Positions 9,612 through 17,676 of a stretch of 19,512 nt of DNA are shown here, piece after piece. How positions within the stretch are numbered: position 1 is the first letter of the stretch; each line of letters begins with the position of its first letter. The translations under genes were made by a program, and so were the position numbers. The DNA comes from a virus (lineage: Duplodnaviria; Heunggongvirae; Uroviricota; Caudoviricetes): the IMG/VR virus record IMGVR_UViG_2617270991_000004. One strand, written 5' to 3'. The notes under the pieces were generated by a model. That model had not been told where the DNA came from. It ran no database searches and saw only the letters and a list, made by a program, of their open reading frames with translations.

Positions 9612-10514
9612 AGTGCCTCCTCTGACATTACTGTTCAGCGCCGTGGCCATCACACTGATGGCATCCGACGCATTGATTAATTCATCCGCCAGCCCGGCCT
9701 CAATGCCGGACTGACCTTCAAAAACGGCGGCCTCTGTTCCCGTGACCGCATCCACAGACAACCCGGTATACATCGCCACTTTTTCGGCAAACATCCGGTG
9801 CGCCGCATCAATCCGCTGCTGCATATCCTGGCGAACCTCTGCCGGCAACGCTTCAAACTGATTGCCATCCACCTTGTGCGCCCCGGCATAAATCAGCGTG
9901 ATATCCACACCGGCCTGCGCCAGATGACCGGCATAGCTGACATGGCTCATCATCACGCCAATGGAGCCGATACGGGATGTCTGGGTAACCAGCCGTCGGG
10001 AGCAGGCCGACGCCAGCAGCATGGCTGCAGAACAGGCCGTGTCATTGCACAGTGCCCAGACCGGCTTCTGCTGACGGAGGCGGTAAATCATGTCAGCGCA
10101 GTCAAACGCGCCGGCGGCCTGCCCGCCCGGACTGTCAATGTCCAGCAGTATGCCCCGCACCTGGCTATCTGCCATTGCCTGCTGAAGACAGGCGACAATG
10201 CCGTCATAGCCAGTCATTCCGGAAAATGGCCGCATCCCCCCCAGCCGGTGCACCAGCGTGCCGCTCACCGGCAGTACCGCAATACCGTTCACCACCCGGT
10301 AAACACGGGCCGGTCGTTTACCTCCGGCCATGTACTCGTCCGTTTCAGCCAGCATTCCGGGAGCATCAAGCTGTACCTGCTGTTGTGGTACCGAAAGACT
10401 TGCTGCCCCCATCTCGCGCCCGAGCGCGCAAAAGAAAACCCGCGCATAGGCGGGCTCCAGAAGCAGCGGTTCATTGAATGCTGCGGCAATAATGTGTGAA
10501 AGATTACGTCTCAC
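9009..10514 (-). CDS. C: Head maturation protease / minor capsid protein C (S49/ClpP-like), with C-terminal scaffold region
   Basis: 501-aa ORF in the lambda C position. N-terminal half fits an S49 peptidase-like fold by position. C-terminal third holds three tandem repeats of about 37 aa. Confidence 0.88.
   Translation of the reverse strand: MRRNLSHIIAAAFNEPLLLEPAYARVFFCALGREMGAASLSVPQQQVQLDAPGMLAETDEYMAGGKRPARVYRVVNGIAVLPVSGTLVHRLGGMRPFSGMTGYDGIVACLQQAMADSQVRGILLDIDSPGGQAAGAFDCADMIYRLRQQKPVWALCNDTACSAAMLLASACSRRLVTQTSRIGSIGVMMSHVSYAGHLAQAGVDITLIYAGAHKVDGNQFEALPAEVRQDMQQRIDAAHRMFAEKVAMYTGLSVDAVTGTEAAVFEGQSGIEAGLADELINASDAISVMATALNSNVRGGTMPQLTATEAAVQENQRVMGILTCQEAKGREQLATMLAGQQGMSVEQARAILAAAAPQQPVASAQSEADRIMACEEANGREQLAVTLAAMPEMTVEKARPILAASPQANAGPSLRDQIMALDEAKGAEAQAEQLAACPGMTVESARAVLAAGSGKAEPVSASTTALFEHFMANHSPAAVQGGVSQASEDGDADVKMLMAMP
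9194..9563 (-). repeat. Three tandem in-frame repeats (about 111 bp, about 37 aa each) in the C/Nu3 scaffold region
   Basis: Repeated protein units .IM.C.EA.GREQLA..LA..P.M.VE.AR.ILAA.. are visible in the translation, with matching DNA repeats. Boundaries are approximate. Confidence 0.6.
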
Positions 10515-12096
10515 GTGGTGTTGTCTCCTCTTCCGGCCTGCGACTCTCCGCTATCTGCTGCTGATACGCCTGCGCTATCCACACCGGACGTGAGAGTCCG
10601 GCTTTTTCCCGCTCTGCAGATTCCCTGACCTGCTGGCGGAAAATGTCCTGATAATCCTCGCCCATCAGCGCCAGCTCTTTCTCATACGTGCTCAGTCCGG
10701 CCTCAATGCGCATCACTGATTCCTGAACCTCCTTGAGCCCGTCAATGGCCATTCTTCCGGCTCCAATCCACTCAGCCCGTGACCAGGCTGATCGCGCCTG
10801 ATAAAAATCAAAACGTGCCCGTGGCGGACGAATAATCCCCCGAAGAAGTGCCTCTTCCAGCCAGCAGGAAAACATCTGCGTGGCCAGCCGGGACGCAATA
10901 AATTTTCGCCGCCCCATAAAATAGCGCCACGACTCATTGGCGGAGGCGCGGGCACTTGAATAACTGACCTTCGAGTAATCACGGGACAACTGTTCGTAGG
11001 AAACGCCAAGACCGGCGGCGATATACCGCAGCAGCGCCTGTTCAAGCGCCGAAAATCCATTGTCTGAATCCTGCGCGGTCTGAAGTTTCAGATCATCACC
11101 GGGGAAAAGGTGCGGAATTTTGACACCGCCCAGCGTCACGTGATTCGTGTCATACCAGGTGGAGAACTTCTCCAGAATATTAATAAGCGGATTATCCTTC
11201 TGCCCCTGCGGCGCACCGGCGATATATTCAAAGGCCTTTTCGGTATCAAGTTCACTTTCAATCGTCGCTGCATACATCGCCTTCACTATGGCCGACTGAA
11301 GCTGTGTTGCCTGCAGGGAATCGAGCATCTTCAGCCGTTCCATGACGCTGTAAAACTGATTAGCCCCACGGGTCTGCCCGTCCTCCACCGGCTCGAAAAT
11401 ATGCAGCATGGCCGGACGCCCGGTGGGAAGTTCACGCGGGATCCGTTCCCATCGTCCACTACCAGAGAACGGAAAATCGTCCTCACAAATATGGTACGCG
11501 ACGGCACGGCCATATCGATCGACCTCCACACCGGCCCGCAGAAAACGGTTCCCCATACCGTGTCCATGCGTGTCCACCCGTTTCGGACTCACGGCTTTAA
11601 AACGCGTACGGAATAACTGCGTGGTTTCCGTATCCCAGACCGGCTGCACAAAGATTTCGCCGTTAAACGCATGAACGCCCACACCTTCACGGATAAATTC
11701 CGTGAACGTGCGTTTTCCTTCCACGTCGATCTCACCAAACATCCCTTCGGCGTATTCCGACCAGGCCGCCTCCACCTCATCGACAAAGCTTTTTGCTGCG
11801 GTCTCCCGCATCCCCAGCCAGCGCCAGTTCGGACGGTAGCTGATCAGAAACATATGCCCGACAATGTGATCCTTATGCAGAGCCACCGCATTAGCCGCTA
11901 TTCCGTTATTGCGCACCAGATCATCTGCCCGGGCATTCCCCAGACGCAACGCGGGTAGCAGGGCCGCATCGGCACTCTGCGCCGGTGGCAACCACTCCGC
12001 CATTTGCCCGCCAAATCCTGCGCCGCCCCCGTTGTAGCTGAGACTCTCACGAAGCGGAACGCCGTTCACATCAATCAGGACAGGCGTTCGTTTCAT
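10504..12096 (-). CDS. B: Portal protein B
   Basis: 530-aa ORF with long collinear matches to recalled lambda gpB (RGNARADDLVRNNG, FEPVEDGQTRGAN.FYSVME, LQSAIVKAMYAATIESELDT, LLRYIAAGLGVSYEQLSR, SYS.ARASANESW.YFMGRRKF, IGAGRMAIDGLKEVQE, AGLSTYEKE). Confidence 0.95.
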   Translation of the reverse strand: MKRTPVLIDVNGVPLRESLSYNGGGAGFGGQMAEWLPPAQSADAALLPALRLGNARADDLVRNNGIAANAVALHKDHIVGHMFLISYRPNWRWLGMRETAAKSFVDEVEAAWSEYAEGMFGEIDVEGKRTFTEFIREGVGVHAFNGEIFVQPVWDTETTQLFRTRFKAVSPKRVDTHGHGMGNRFLRAGVEVDRYGRAVAYHICEDDFPFSGSGRWERIPRELPTGRPAMLHIFEPVEDGQTRGANQFYSVMERLKMLDSLQATQLQSAIVKAMYAATIESELDTEKAFEYIAGAPQGQKDNPLINILEKFSTWYDTNHVTLGGVKIPHLFPGDDLKLQTAQDSDNGFSALEQALLRYIAAGLGVSYEQLSRDYSKVSYSSARASANESWRYFMGRRKFIASRLATQMFSCWLEEALLRGIIRPPRARFDFYQARSAWSRAEWIGAGRMAIDGLKEVQESVMRIEAGLSTYEKELALMGEDYQDIFRQQVRESAEREKAGLSRPVWIAQAYQQQIAESRRPEEETTPRET

Positions 12097-12299
12097 AACC
12101 TCACTCCCAGCGGACGACGGCGACGTCGGGTTGTCCCCTGTACCGACTCCGCATCATTGATCGCCCGGTTAAGCTCATCCAGAGAAGCCGCCGTATATTC
12201 AATTCTGCGACCATCTTTCTGGACAGACACCACCCGTTTACCGGTTAATAAATCAAGGCGCGCCTGACGCAGCGCCTGTAGTTCAGCGACTGTAACCAT
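12093..12299 (-). CDS. W: Head-tail connector protein W
   Basis: 68-aa ORF containing LTGKRVVSVQKDGRRIEYTAASL, matching recalled lambda gpW. ATGA overlap with B. Confidence 0.9.
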   Translation of the reverse strand: MVTVAELQALRQARLDLLTGKRVVSVQKDGRRIEYTAASLDELNRAINDAESVQGTTRRRRRPLGVRL

Positions 12300-14211
12300 T
12301 CACTCCTCCGGACAGCTTCGCTGCCAGTTCTTTAAGGGTTGGCCGGGTCGTCTCTTCTTCCCGGGATTTTGCCAGTACAGCCAGATCAAGCTGCCAGCGT
12401 TGCACGGACACACGTAATGCCGCATAGGCATACACCAGGCAGTCCAGCGCTTCGTTACGCCGCTTTTTGTTATCCCACAGCAGACGCATCTTTCCTTTTT
12501 CCCACTTCTCCACAAGCTCTTCCGCGACCAGTTGCTGCGCCTCTGTCTGCGAAAAAATCTCCGGATCATCAGGAAAACGGATGGCATACGACGTGGCTTC
12601 ATCCGCAGGCGTGGGATCGGCTTTCATACGGGCATAGAGAATTTCTTTTGCGGTGTCCGTCCCCACTTCACACAGATACACGCCCCGCTGATTGCGGGTT
12701 TTCGGCATGGTGATCACCGGCTTGCCATAGACAGATGCGCCTTTTACCGGCAGCACCCGGAAAACACCGTGTTTTTTTGACCTCTGATAGACAATTTCAC
12801 CATCGATCCCCCCGGTGTCCCAGCAGACACGGGAAATGGTCATTTCGGTTCCGTCTGCATGGCAGTATTTTTTGTTGATCGCCGCATCCACACGTAACAG
12901 CGTCTCTTCCTCATCGGGACGGCCCATAATGATGATTTTATCCACCAGAAAAGCTTCCTCTCCCGGTGCCCATCCCCAGACATACATCTCAAAACGGTTT
13001 CGCTGCGAGTCAATGCCCGCCGTCAGATAAACCACCCGGGCTGGCACCGCCGCCGTGTAATGCACGACCTTATCCATCAGTACCTGGTGATCGAGTTTTT
13101 CGCCCACGGCCTCTTCCCAGGTCTCGCCCAGCGTGGTGTTCACAAAGGTTTTCAGGCCGTTGGGATCTTTCAGTGCATCCAGCCAGTCATAGACTATCTG
13201 TACCCAGGTGGTGAACGGACTGTACGCCGTCCAGATATGGAACGTGATGGAGCGCGGCGGCGGAATTTCATTATCCGCGGCGCTGAAAAACGTCAGACCG
13301 TCACGGGTCCACATCCCCGTGTTTTCACAGATCCACCGCCCGTTGCTCTGGTCAAGCTCAGACTGATGGATCACGCAGCCATGATGTTCACAGAGGTAGA
13401 AAACGCTTTCGGGGCTGTCCTTCTCCCATTTAAGGCCAAAAGGCGTGGATTCATCGCCAAATTTCAGATACTGCTCCTCCCCACAGTGTGGGCAGGGCAC
13501 ATAAAAACGCATGAAATGCGCCGACTCGTTGGCCGCTTTTTCGATCTGGCAGGTGCCTTTGATTTTAGGCGTCGAGCCGCGAATGGATTTGGGCCATACA
13601 GAGCCCTCAATACGTTTATCCCCAAGCAGGGTTGGCGAACCCTCTTTTTCGACATCCGGTTCGAACGAGGAAAGTTCGTCATAGCAGACCACGTCCACGG
13701 ATTTTTCACGGTAGTTTTTAGCGGCAGCCCCGCCCAGGCACCAGAAGCCCACGCCCGATGAAAAACGTTTCAGCGTGAGGGTATTATCACGATGTTTACG
13801 CCCAAACCACGGTGCAAGATCGAGTAAAACCGGCACATCCCTGATCGTGGGTTCCACATGAGATTTCATAAAATCTTCAGCAGCAGAATCCGTGGGCTGG
13901 AAAAGAAGGCTGTTGCGTGATTTATGCTCAATAAAATAAGCCTCCACTCCCAGCAACATCTTTGTATAACCAACACGGGCAGATTTAATCAGATTAACAG
14001 TGCGGATCCGGTCATTCCCCATGCTGTTCATGATGGCAACCTGAAACGGCAGTGTTTCCCACCGCCCCGGGGTGTAAGATGACTCTTTCGGAAGGTAATA
14101 ATGTCGATCTGCCCACTGAACTGTCGTCAGAGGGACAGGAATTTTTAGCGCAAGGAGGCCGGTTGCTATCGCTCCTGCAGAATTAGCCGCCCTCAGTTCG
14201 TCTGAAATCAT
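12283..14211 (-). CDS. A: Terminase large subunit A
   Basis: Collinear with recalled lambda gpA ([78 protein letters not shown]). Start set at ATG 14211, which gives the lambda-like length of 642 aa; the track ORF extends to an upstream ATG at 14253. Confidence 0.92.
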   Translation of the reverse strand: MISDELRAANSAGAIATGLLALKIPVPLTTVQWADRHYYLPKESSYTPGRWETLPFQVAIMNSMGNDRIRTVNLIKSARVGYTKMLLGVEAYFIEHKSRNSLLFQPTDSAAEDFMKSHVEPTIRDVPVLLDLAPWFGRKHRDNTLTLKRFSSGVGFWCLGGAAAKNYREKSVDVVCYDELSSFEPDVEKEGSPTLLGDKRIEGSVWPKSIRGSTPKIKGTCQIEKAANESAHFMRFYVPCPHCGEEQYLKFGDESTPFGLKWEKDSPESVFYLCEHHGCVIHQSELDQSNGRWICENTGMWTRDGLTFFSAADNEIPPPRSITFHIWTAYSPFTTWVQIVYDWLDALKDPNGLKTFVNTTLGETWEEAVGEKLDHQVLMDKVVHYTAAVPARVVYLTAGIDSQRNRFEMYVWGWAPGEEAFLVDKIIIMGRPDEEETLLRVDAAINKKYCHADGTEMTISRVCWDTGGIDGEIVYQRSKKHGVFRVLPVKGASVYGKPVITMPKTRNQRGVYLCEVGTDTAKEILYARMKADPTPADEATSYAIRFPDDPEIFSQTEAQQLVAEELVEKWEKGKMRLLWDNKKRRNEALDCLVYAYAALRVSVQRWQLDLAVLAKSREEETTRPTLKELAAKLSGGVNGYSR

Positions 14212-14731
14212 CAATCCACCTGCGCACATTCTCACCGGCTTCAGAAGCCACATCGGATGCTTTCGCGATTTCAGTTTTCACAGCATCAAGATGTACGGGT
14301 GATATATCAGGGTATTTACGCTGCAGTGTCTGAGGGACACGGACAAGGATCCCTGATATATTCTGTGCCACTCGCTGAAAGATGTAGGTAAATAACTCCG
14401 TCTCGAGGACAAGGCCTTCCTCACGAGCATTTTTCAGCTCCTGTGCATCGGCCTGTGCCTTCGTCAGTCGGTAACGTTCGTAATCAATGGTGCCGGGCTG
14501 AAGGTCTGATTCGCTGGCAGCCCTCAAATCCTCGATCTCTTTACGGAGTTTTTCGTTTTCAATATCAGCTTCCCTCTGCGCATACCACTGAATGGCAGCA
14601 GTTGTATCAAAAACTGATTCAGTCCCTTTCCCTCCACCAGAAACTAGTGGTAACCCCTGACTCTGCCAGGCGGTGATGGTCCTGACATCAACGCCAAAAA
14701 TATCGGCCAGTTTTTTCTTATTGACGTTCAT
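14183..14731 (-). CDS. Nu1: Terminase small subunit Nu1
   Basis: 182-aa ORF starting [36 protein letters not shown], close to recalled lambda Nu1 (winged-HTH N-terminus). cosB lies immediately upstream and the 3' end overlaps the start of A. Confidence 0.93.
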   Translation of the reverse strand: MNVNKKKLADIFGVDVRTITAWQSQGLPLVSGGGKGTESVFDTTAAIQWYAQREADIENEKLRKEIEDLRAASESDLQPGTIDYERYRLTKAQADAQELKNAREEGLVLETELFTYIFQRVAQNISGILVRVPQTLQRKYPDISPVHLDAVKTEIAKASDVASEAGENVRRWIDDFRRTEGG

Positions 14732-14744
14732 ACACTCCCCCGGG

Positions 14745-14866
14745 AACCAGAAAGGATCTGAAAATGGCGTTTTCTAACAAAAACAGCCTTTGTCAGATCC
14801 TTTTATATTTTTAAAATTCTATTGATAATCAATCAGTTAAAAAGAAGAAGAACGGATCTGATTTTT
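14745..14866 (-). promoter_or_regulatory. cosB: three terminase-binding R elements plus an IHF site
   Basis: Three copies of the core CAGATCC(K)TTYT: cores at 14754-14760 and 14854-14860 in one orientation, 14794-14800 inverted, mirroring lambda R1/R2/R3. Exact match to IHF consensus WATCAANNNNTTR at 14827-14839 between the second and third. Confidence 0.75.
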
Positions 14867-14900
14867 CCCTAAAAATTTTCATAAATAGCGAAAACCCGCG

Positions 14901-14912
14901 AGGTCGCCGCCC
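14901..14912 (-). other. cosN: 12-nt cohesive-end sequence (GGGCGGCGACCT on the minus strand)
   Basis: Plus-strand AGGTCGCCGCCC at 14901-14912 is the reverse complement of the lambda 12-nt cos overhang. The flanking sequence also closely matches the recalled lambda left and right ends. Confidence 0.9.
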
Positions 14913-15118
14913 CGTAACCGGTCGGATCGCCGGAAAGGACCCACGAAATGATAATGATTATCATCTATATAAGGTTTATCACAACATGTGTGTACGCCAT
15001 CAAACCACGAGAAATAATCAATTATGACGCAGGTATCGTATTAATTGATCTGCGTCAAATTAACGTAAAAGCAACTTCAGATAATACAAATCAGCAACAC
15101 TGAATATGGGGAAACATT

Positions 15119-15304
15119 ATGTCATCAAAGAACAGAACCCGCAGAACAACAACCCGCAACATCCGATTTCCAAACCAGATGATTGAACAAATTAACATCG
15201 CTCTTGATCTGAAAGGTTCAGGAAACTTTTCAGCGTGGGTTATTGAAGCCTGCAGAAGAAGGCTGTCAACAGAGAGTTCGGGTATGAATTACATAATTAA
15301 GTAA
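15119..15304 (+). CDS. Small YlcI/YnfO-like protein (DUF3950-type, possibly DNA-binding)
   Basis: 61-aa plus-strand ORF MSSKNRTRRTTTRNIRFPNQMIEQINIALDLKGSGNFSAWVIEACRRRL... with a GGGGA SD. Resembles from memory the small YlcI-type proteins found next to terminase genes in E. coli cryptic prophages. Opposite in orientation to the late genes. Confidence 0.6.
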   Translation: MSSKNRTRRTTTRNIRFPNQMIEQINIALDLKGSGNFSAWVIEACRRRLSTESSGMNYIIK

Positions 15305-15436
15305 CATGGTGTTCACAGAACACGCAGTTACCGGACACATCAGTTTTCCATTCGCTCCCCGGCAGTACAGGCTTCCCCTCTGACGGGATAGCCTGAAAAA
15401 ATAACACAGAAAATTATTTGTTATAATTAATATAAC

Positions 15437-15577
15437 TTACTCAAAAAAAAGCGACGAGAAAATCAGCATCAACGAACAATAAGCGCCAATACGTGATAAC
15501 AAATGGCAGCCATATTTATCTGCAGTATAAGCAATGGACAGGATAACCACACCAGAAACCGTCAGCATAAAATCCAT
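15437..15577 (-). CDS. Hypothetical 46-aa hydrophobic peptide
   Basis: Hand translation of the minus strand gives MDFMLTVSGVVILSIAYTADKYGCHLLSRIGAYCSLMLIFSSLFFE, preceded by GGGGAAG 5 nt upstream of the ATG. Below the ORF-track size cut-off. Lies in the AT-rich gap where lambda carries bor. Confidence 0.25.
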   Translation of the reverse strand: MDFMLTVSGVVILSIAYTADKYGCHLLSRIGAYCSLMLIFSSLFFE

Positions 15578-15927
15578 TTGAACTTCCCCGGACAAAATCG
15601 ACTCATCTAAAGATTTACAGCTCTTTTTATTATCAATATGTTAAAAGTAAAATAAACAGATGTTCAATAACACGAATACAAAAACGTGCTGAAATTCAAT
15701 GAATCCATTTCTGTGTCATCAATTAATAGTGATAAACATCCGGCTTCTTCCACCATCGCACCGGACAGGCGACTATGAGGGGACAACGCCGCGCTCCGTT
15801 AACGCGGTAAACCCCGGTGTGTATCGTTTTTGATTATCCCCGCACACTCGCGCAGAGGAGTCTCCCTGTCGGGCTGCGGTCTCTGTTAATGCGGGGATAC
15901 GGCGACAATACCGCGCATCAGCAAAAC

Positions 15928-16395
15928 TTATTTCAGGCACTGAGTGCGGATATAGTCCTGTGCCCCTTCCAGTTGCTTCTGCATCGTCATCAGCCGCTCT
16001 CTGAGGGTGAAATAATCCCGTGTAACGGTGTCTGCCAGTTGGGGGCCGGTTGCATTATCCACGCGGGCGGTGCCGGTGGCTTCACGCACGGGACCTGGAC
16101 AGGTGGCGTTGATCCGCAGGCTGCGGTGACCAGCGGCAACGTCAGCGCGAAGAGTTTCATTTTCAGCTCTCGCATCGGCTAATTCCCTCGAGTATCTGGC
16201 ATCAAGTGCAGCAACATCACGCTGGCGCTGCTGCATATCAGTAATGGTTGCATTTGCCAGCTCCAGCTCACTGACTTTTTTATCGCGCTGCTCTTTGTAG
16301 GTTATGGCGTTATCACGGTAATGATTCAGCCCCAGACTAAGCGCACCACAGGCCACCAGCAGGGCAATGATGACCACGCACAGTACGCGGTTCAT
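15928..16395 (-). CDS. Rz: Spanin inner-membrane subunit Rz (i-spanin)
   Basis: 155-aa ORF with N-terminal TM segment and NHYRDNAITYK.QRDK, DMQ.RQRDVAALDA.Y..ELADA.AEN, RDYFTLRERL.TMQKQLEG, matching recalled lambda Rz. Confidence 0.93.
   Translation of the reverse strand: MNRVLCVVIIALLVACGALSLGLNHYRDNAITYKEQRDKKVSELELANATITDMQQRQRDVAALDARYSRELADARAENETLRADVAAGHRSLRINATCPGPVREATGTARVDNATGPQLADTVTRDYFTLRERLMTMQKQLEGAQDYIRTQCLK
15990..16175 (-). CDS. Rz1: Spanin outer-membrane lipoprotein Rz1 (o-spanin), embedded in Rz in another frame
   Basis: 61-aa ORF wholly inside Rz. Signal peptide plus lipobox (LVTAAC), proline-rich, CVKPP.PPAWIMQP.P.WQTPL.GIISPSE matches recalled lambda Rz1. Confidence 0.9.
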   Translation of the reverse strand: MRELKMKLFALTLPLVTAACGSTPPVQVPCVKPPAPPAWIMQPAPNWQTPLHGIISPSESG

Positions 16396-16396
16396 T

Positions 16397-16495
16397 TCAC
16401 CACCAGCGTATCTGACCGATGAAATAACCGGAGGCCATAATCACAAACACCAGCCAGATAAGAATGAACTTCCAGGTGGATAATTTTTCAGCCAT
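16397..16495 (-). CDS. Hypothetical 32-aa single-TM peptide immediately upstream of Rz
   Basis: Hand translation gives MAEKLSTWKFILIWLVFVIMASGYFIGQIRWW with stop TGA 1 nt before the Rz ATG and GGGAGA 8 nt upstream of its ATG. The frame is open for 71 codons; an upstream GTG would give 57 aa. Confidence 0.3.
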   Translation of the reverse strand: MAEKLSTWKFILIWLVFVIMASGYFIGQIRWW

Positions 16496-16570
16496 CACTC
16501 GAATCTCCCGAATCAGTTTGCTAAAATCAAACACACTTTCTCCTTTGACTTTTCCAGAGTCAGGAAACAC

Positions 16571-16603
16571 AAAACCCCGCTTGCAGCCAACAAACGGGGT
16601 TTT
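16571..16603. terminator. Inverted repeat / hairpin between R and Rz (possible bidirectional terminator)
   Basis: Perfect 9-bp inverted repeat AAAACCCCG ... CGGGGTTTT with 15-nt spacer. T-rich on the 3' side in both orientations (TTTTTACTTTTATT on plus, UUUUGUGUUUCC on minus). Confidence 0.45.
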
Positions 16604-16693
16604 TACTTTTATTCACTTAGTTTTTGTCAGTTCGCAGGATTTCGTGTTATCCGTCCGTGTGAGCAAACCGCATTTTTCAGCAAAATATTCTGC

Positions 16694-17227
16694 TTATCTG
16701 TCAATTCCCCAGCACGCCAGCGCACTTTCCTGGTCGCGACGGGATACCTGACCGTAACAGTTGTTTGAGCGAATACGGCAGTCTCTGCCACCGTCCTTAA
16801 TCCACCAGCGAATCGCCTCACACGCTCCCCTGCGATCACCTGCATTAATTCGTTTATAAAACGTCGACGGAAAACACTTACCGGGGCCAATGTTGTACGG
16901 ACAGAATGACGCGATCCCCGCTTTCTGGGGTTCACTCAATGGCACTTTGATGTTTTTCTCCACCCATGCCAGCGCCTTATCACGCTCAATGGCGTTAACC
17001 CGGTCGCATTTTCCCTTCGACAGCTTCATACCAGGAATAACAGGCTTACCATCCACCCGGGTGGCTCCACGGCAGATGGTCCAGATCCCCGCACCATCAC
17101 GGTATGCCGTGGTGTGGTTACCTTCTTTTTCGTCAAGAAACTGGTCGAGGATTTCAGGCGCAGACGCCCCTGCACCAATCAGCGCCAGAACGGCAGCCGA
17201 CAGGCCGTATCGGATTTTTACGTTCAT
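16694..17227 (-). CDS. R: SAR endolysin (T4-lysozyme-like muramidase, GH24) with N-terminal signal-arrest-release domain
   Basis: 177-aa ORF. Gly/Ala-rich weakly hydrophobic N-terminus (YGLSAAVLALIGAGASAP), then lysozyme-like motifs (EGNHTTAYRDGAGIWTICRG...CYGQVSRRDQESALACWG). Resembles recalled phage 21 R and E. coli Qin-type prophage lysozyme. Confidence 0.9.
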   Translation of the reverse strand: MNVKIRYGLSAAVLALIGAGASAPEILDQFLDEKEGNHTTAYRDGAGIWTICRGATRVDGKPVIPGMKLSKGKCDRVNAIERDKALAWVEKNIKVPLSEPQKAGIASFCPYNIGPGKCFPSTFYKRINAGDRRGACEAIRWWIKDGGRDCRIRSNNCYGQVSRRDQESALACWGIDR

Positions 17228-17284
17228 GGATATTTATCAGGATTTATCGGTTCCGGCCCCCTGGATATGTTAAGTCTTCAGCCT

Positions 17285-17303
17285 GCCAGTGGTGGGCACT
17301 GGC
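17285..17303. promoter_or_regulatory. Palindrome GCCAGTG-N5-CACTGGC in the divergent region between R and the 104-aa gene
   Basis: Perfect 7-bp inverted repeat with 5-bp spacer, followed on the plus strand by GTTTTAT, about 50 bp upstream of the 104-aa ORF start. Could be an operator or a small terminator. Confidence 0.4.
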
Positions 17304-17355
17304 GTTTTATCTGCTGGCTGAAAATATATCTGACAATTCCAGTCGAGGATTAACC

Positions 17356-17670
17356 ATGCATAACCATCAACATAATTATGATTTATACCTGCAAGCCATA
17401 AATGAGCGGGTAAAATCGGAATGCCTTTTACTCCTCCCGCAAGAACACGAAGCAGTAAAGGCCATTCAGGCTGAACCGTATGGAGCTCTCACTACTGCAA
17501 CTCTCAGTATTATATCCGGAGCATTAACACCAACCTTGCTCCTTCGCCTGAAAGACAATATAGATGACTGGTTAAATGAAGAATTAAGTTACCTTGATTG
17601 CGAATGGGATAATCATTACGCCAAATCACAAAAAGATCGCCTGTTCAGACAATTATCAGGTAACAGATAA
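17356..17670 (+). CDS. Hypothetical 104-aa protein, convergent with the 330-aa gene (part of the S-R insertion)
   Basis: ATG at 17356 with a GAGGA SD 6 nt upstream; product MHNHQHNYDLYLQAINERVKSECLLLLPQEHEAVK...LSGNR. The track ORF 17104..17670 extends further 5' but that part is antisense to R. AT-rich; no family recognised. Confidence 0.6.
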   Translation: MHNHQHNYDLYLQAINERVKSECLLLLPQEHEAVKAIQAEPYGALTTATLSIISGALTPTLLLRLKDNIDDWLNEELSYLDCEWDNHYAKSQKDRLFRQLSGNR

Positions 17671-17676
17671 CAGTAC

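Noticed and set aside
12283-14253. 656-aa version of terminase A from the first ATG
   Set aside because: Alignment to recalled lambda gpA places the start at the third Met (14211), which gives 642 aa. The longer form remains possible.
15817-15930. Possible bor-like lipoprotein gene on the plus strand downstream of Rz
   Set aside because: No plus-strand ORF with a signal peptide and lipobox was found; only short frames under 40 aa are present.
15817-16182. 121-aa plus-strand ORF
   Set aside because: Antisense to Rz/Rz1, which are strongly supported; no RBS.
16627-16935. 102-aa minus-strand ORF
   Set aside because: It overlaps the endolysin gene on the same strand in a different frame; the endolysin frame has clear lysozyme motifs.
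17104-17670. 188-aa version of the plus-strand ORF in the S-R insertion
   Set aside because: Its 5' part is antisense to the endolysin coding sequence. The SD-preceded ATG at 17356 gives a compact 104-aa protein.
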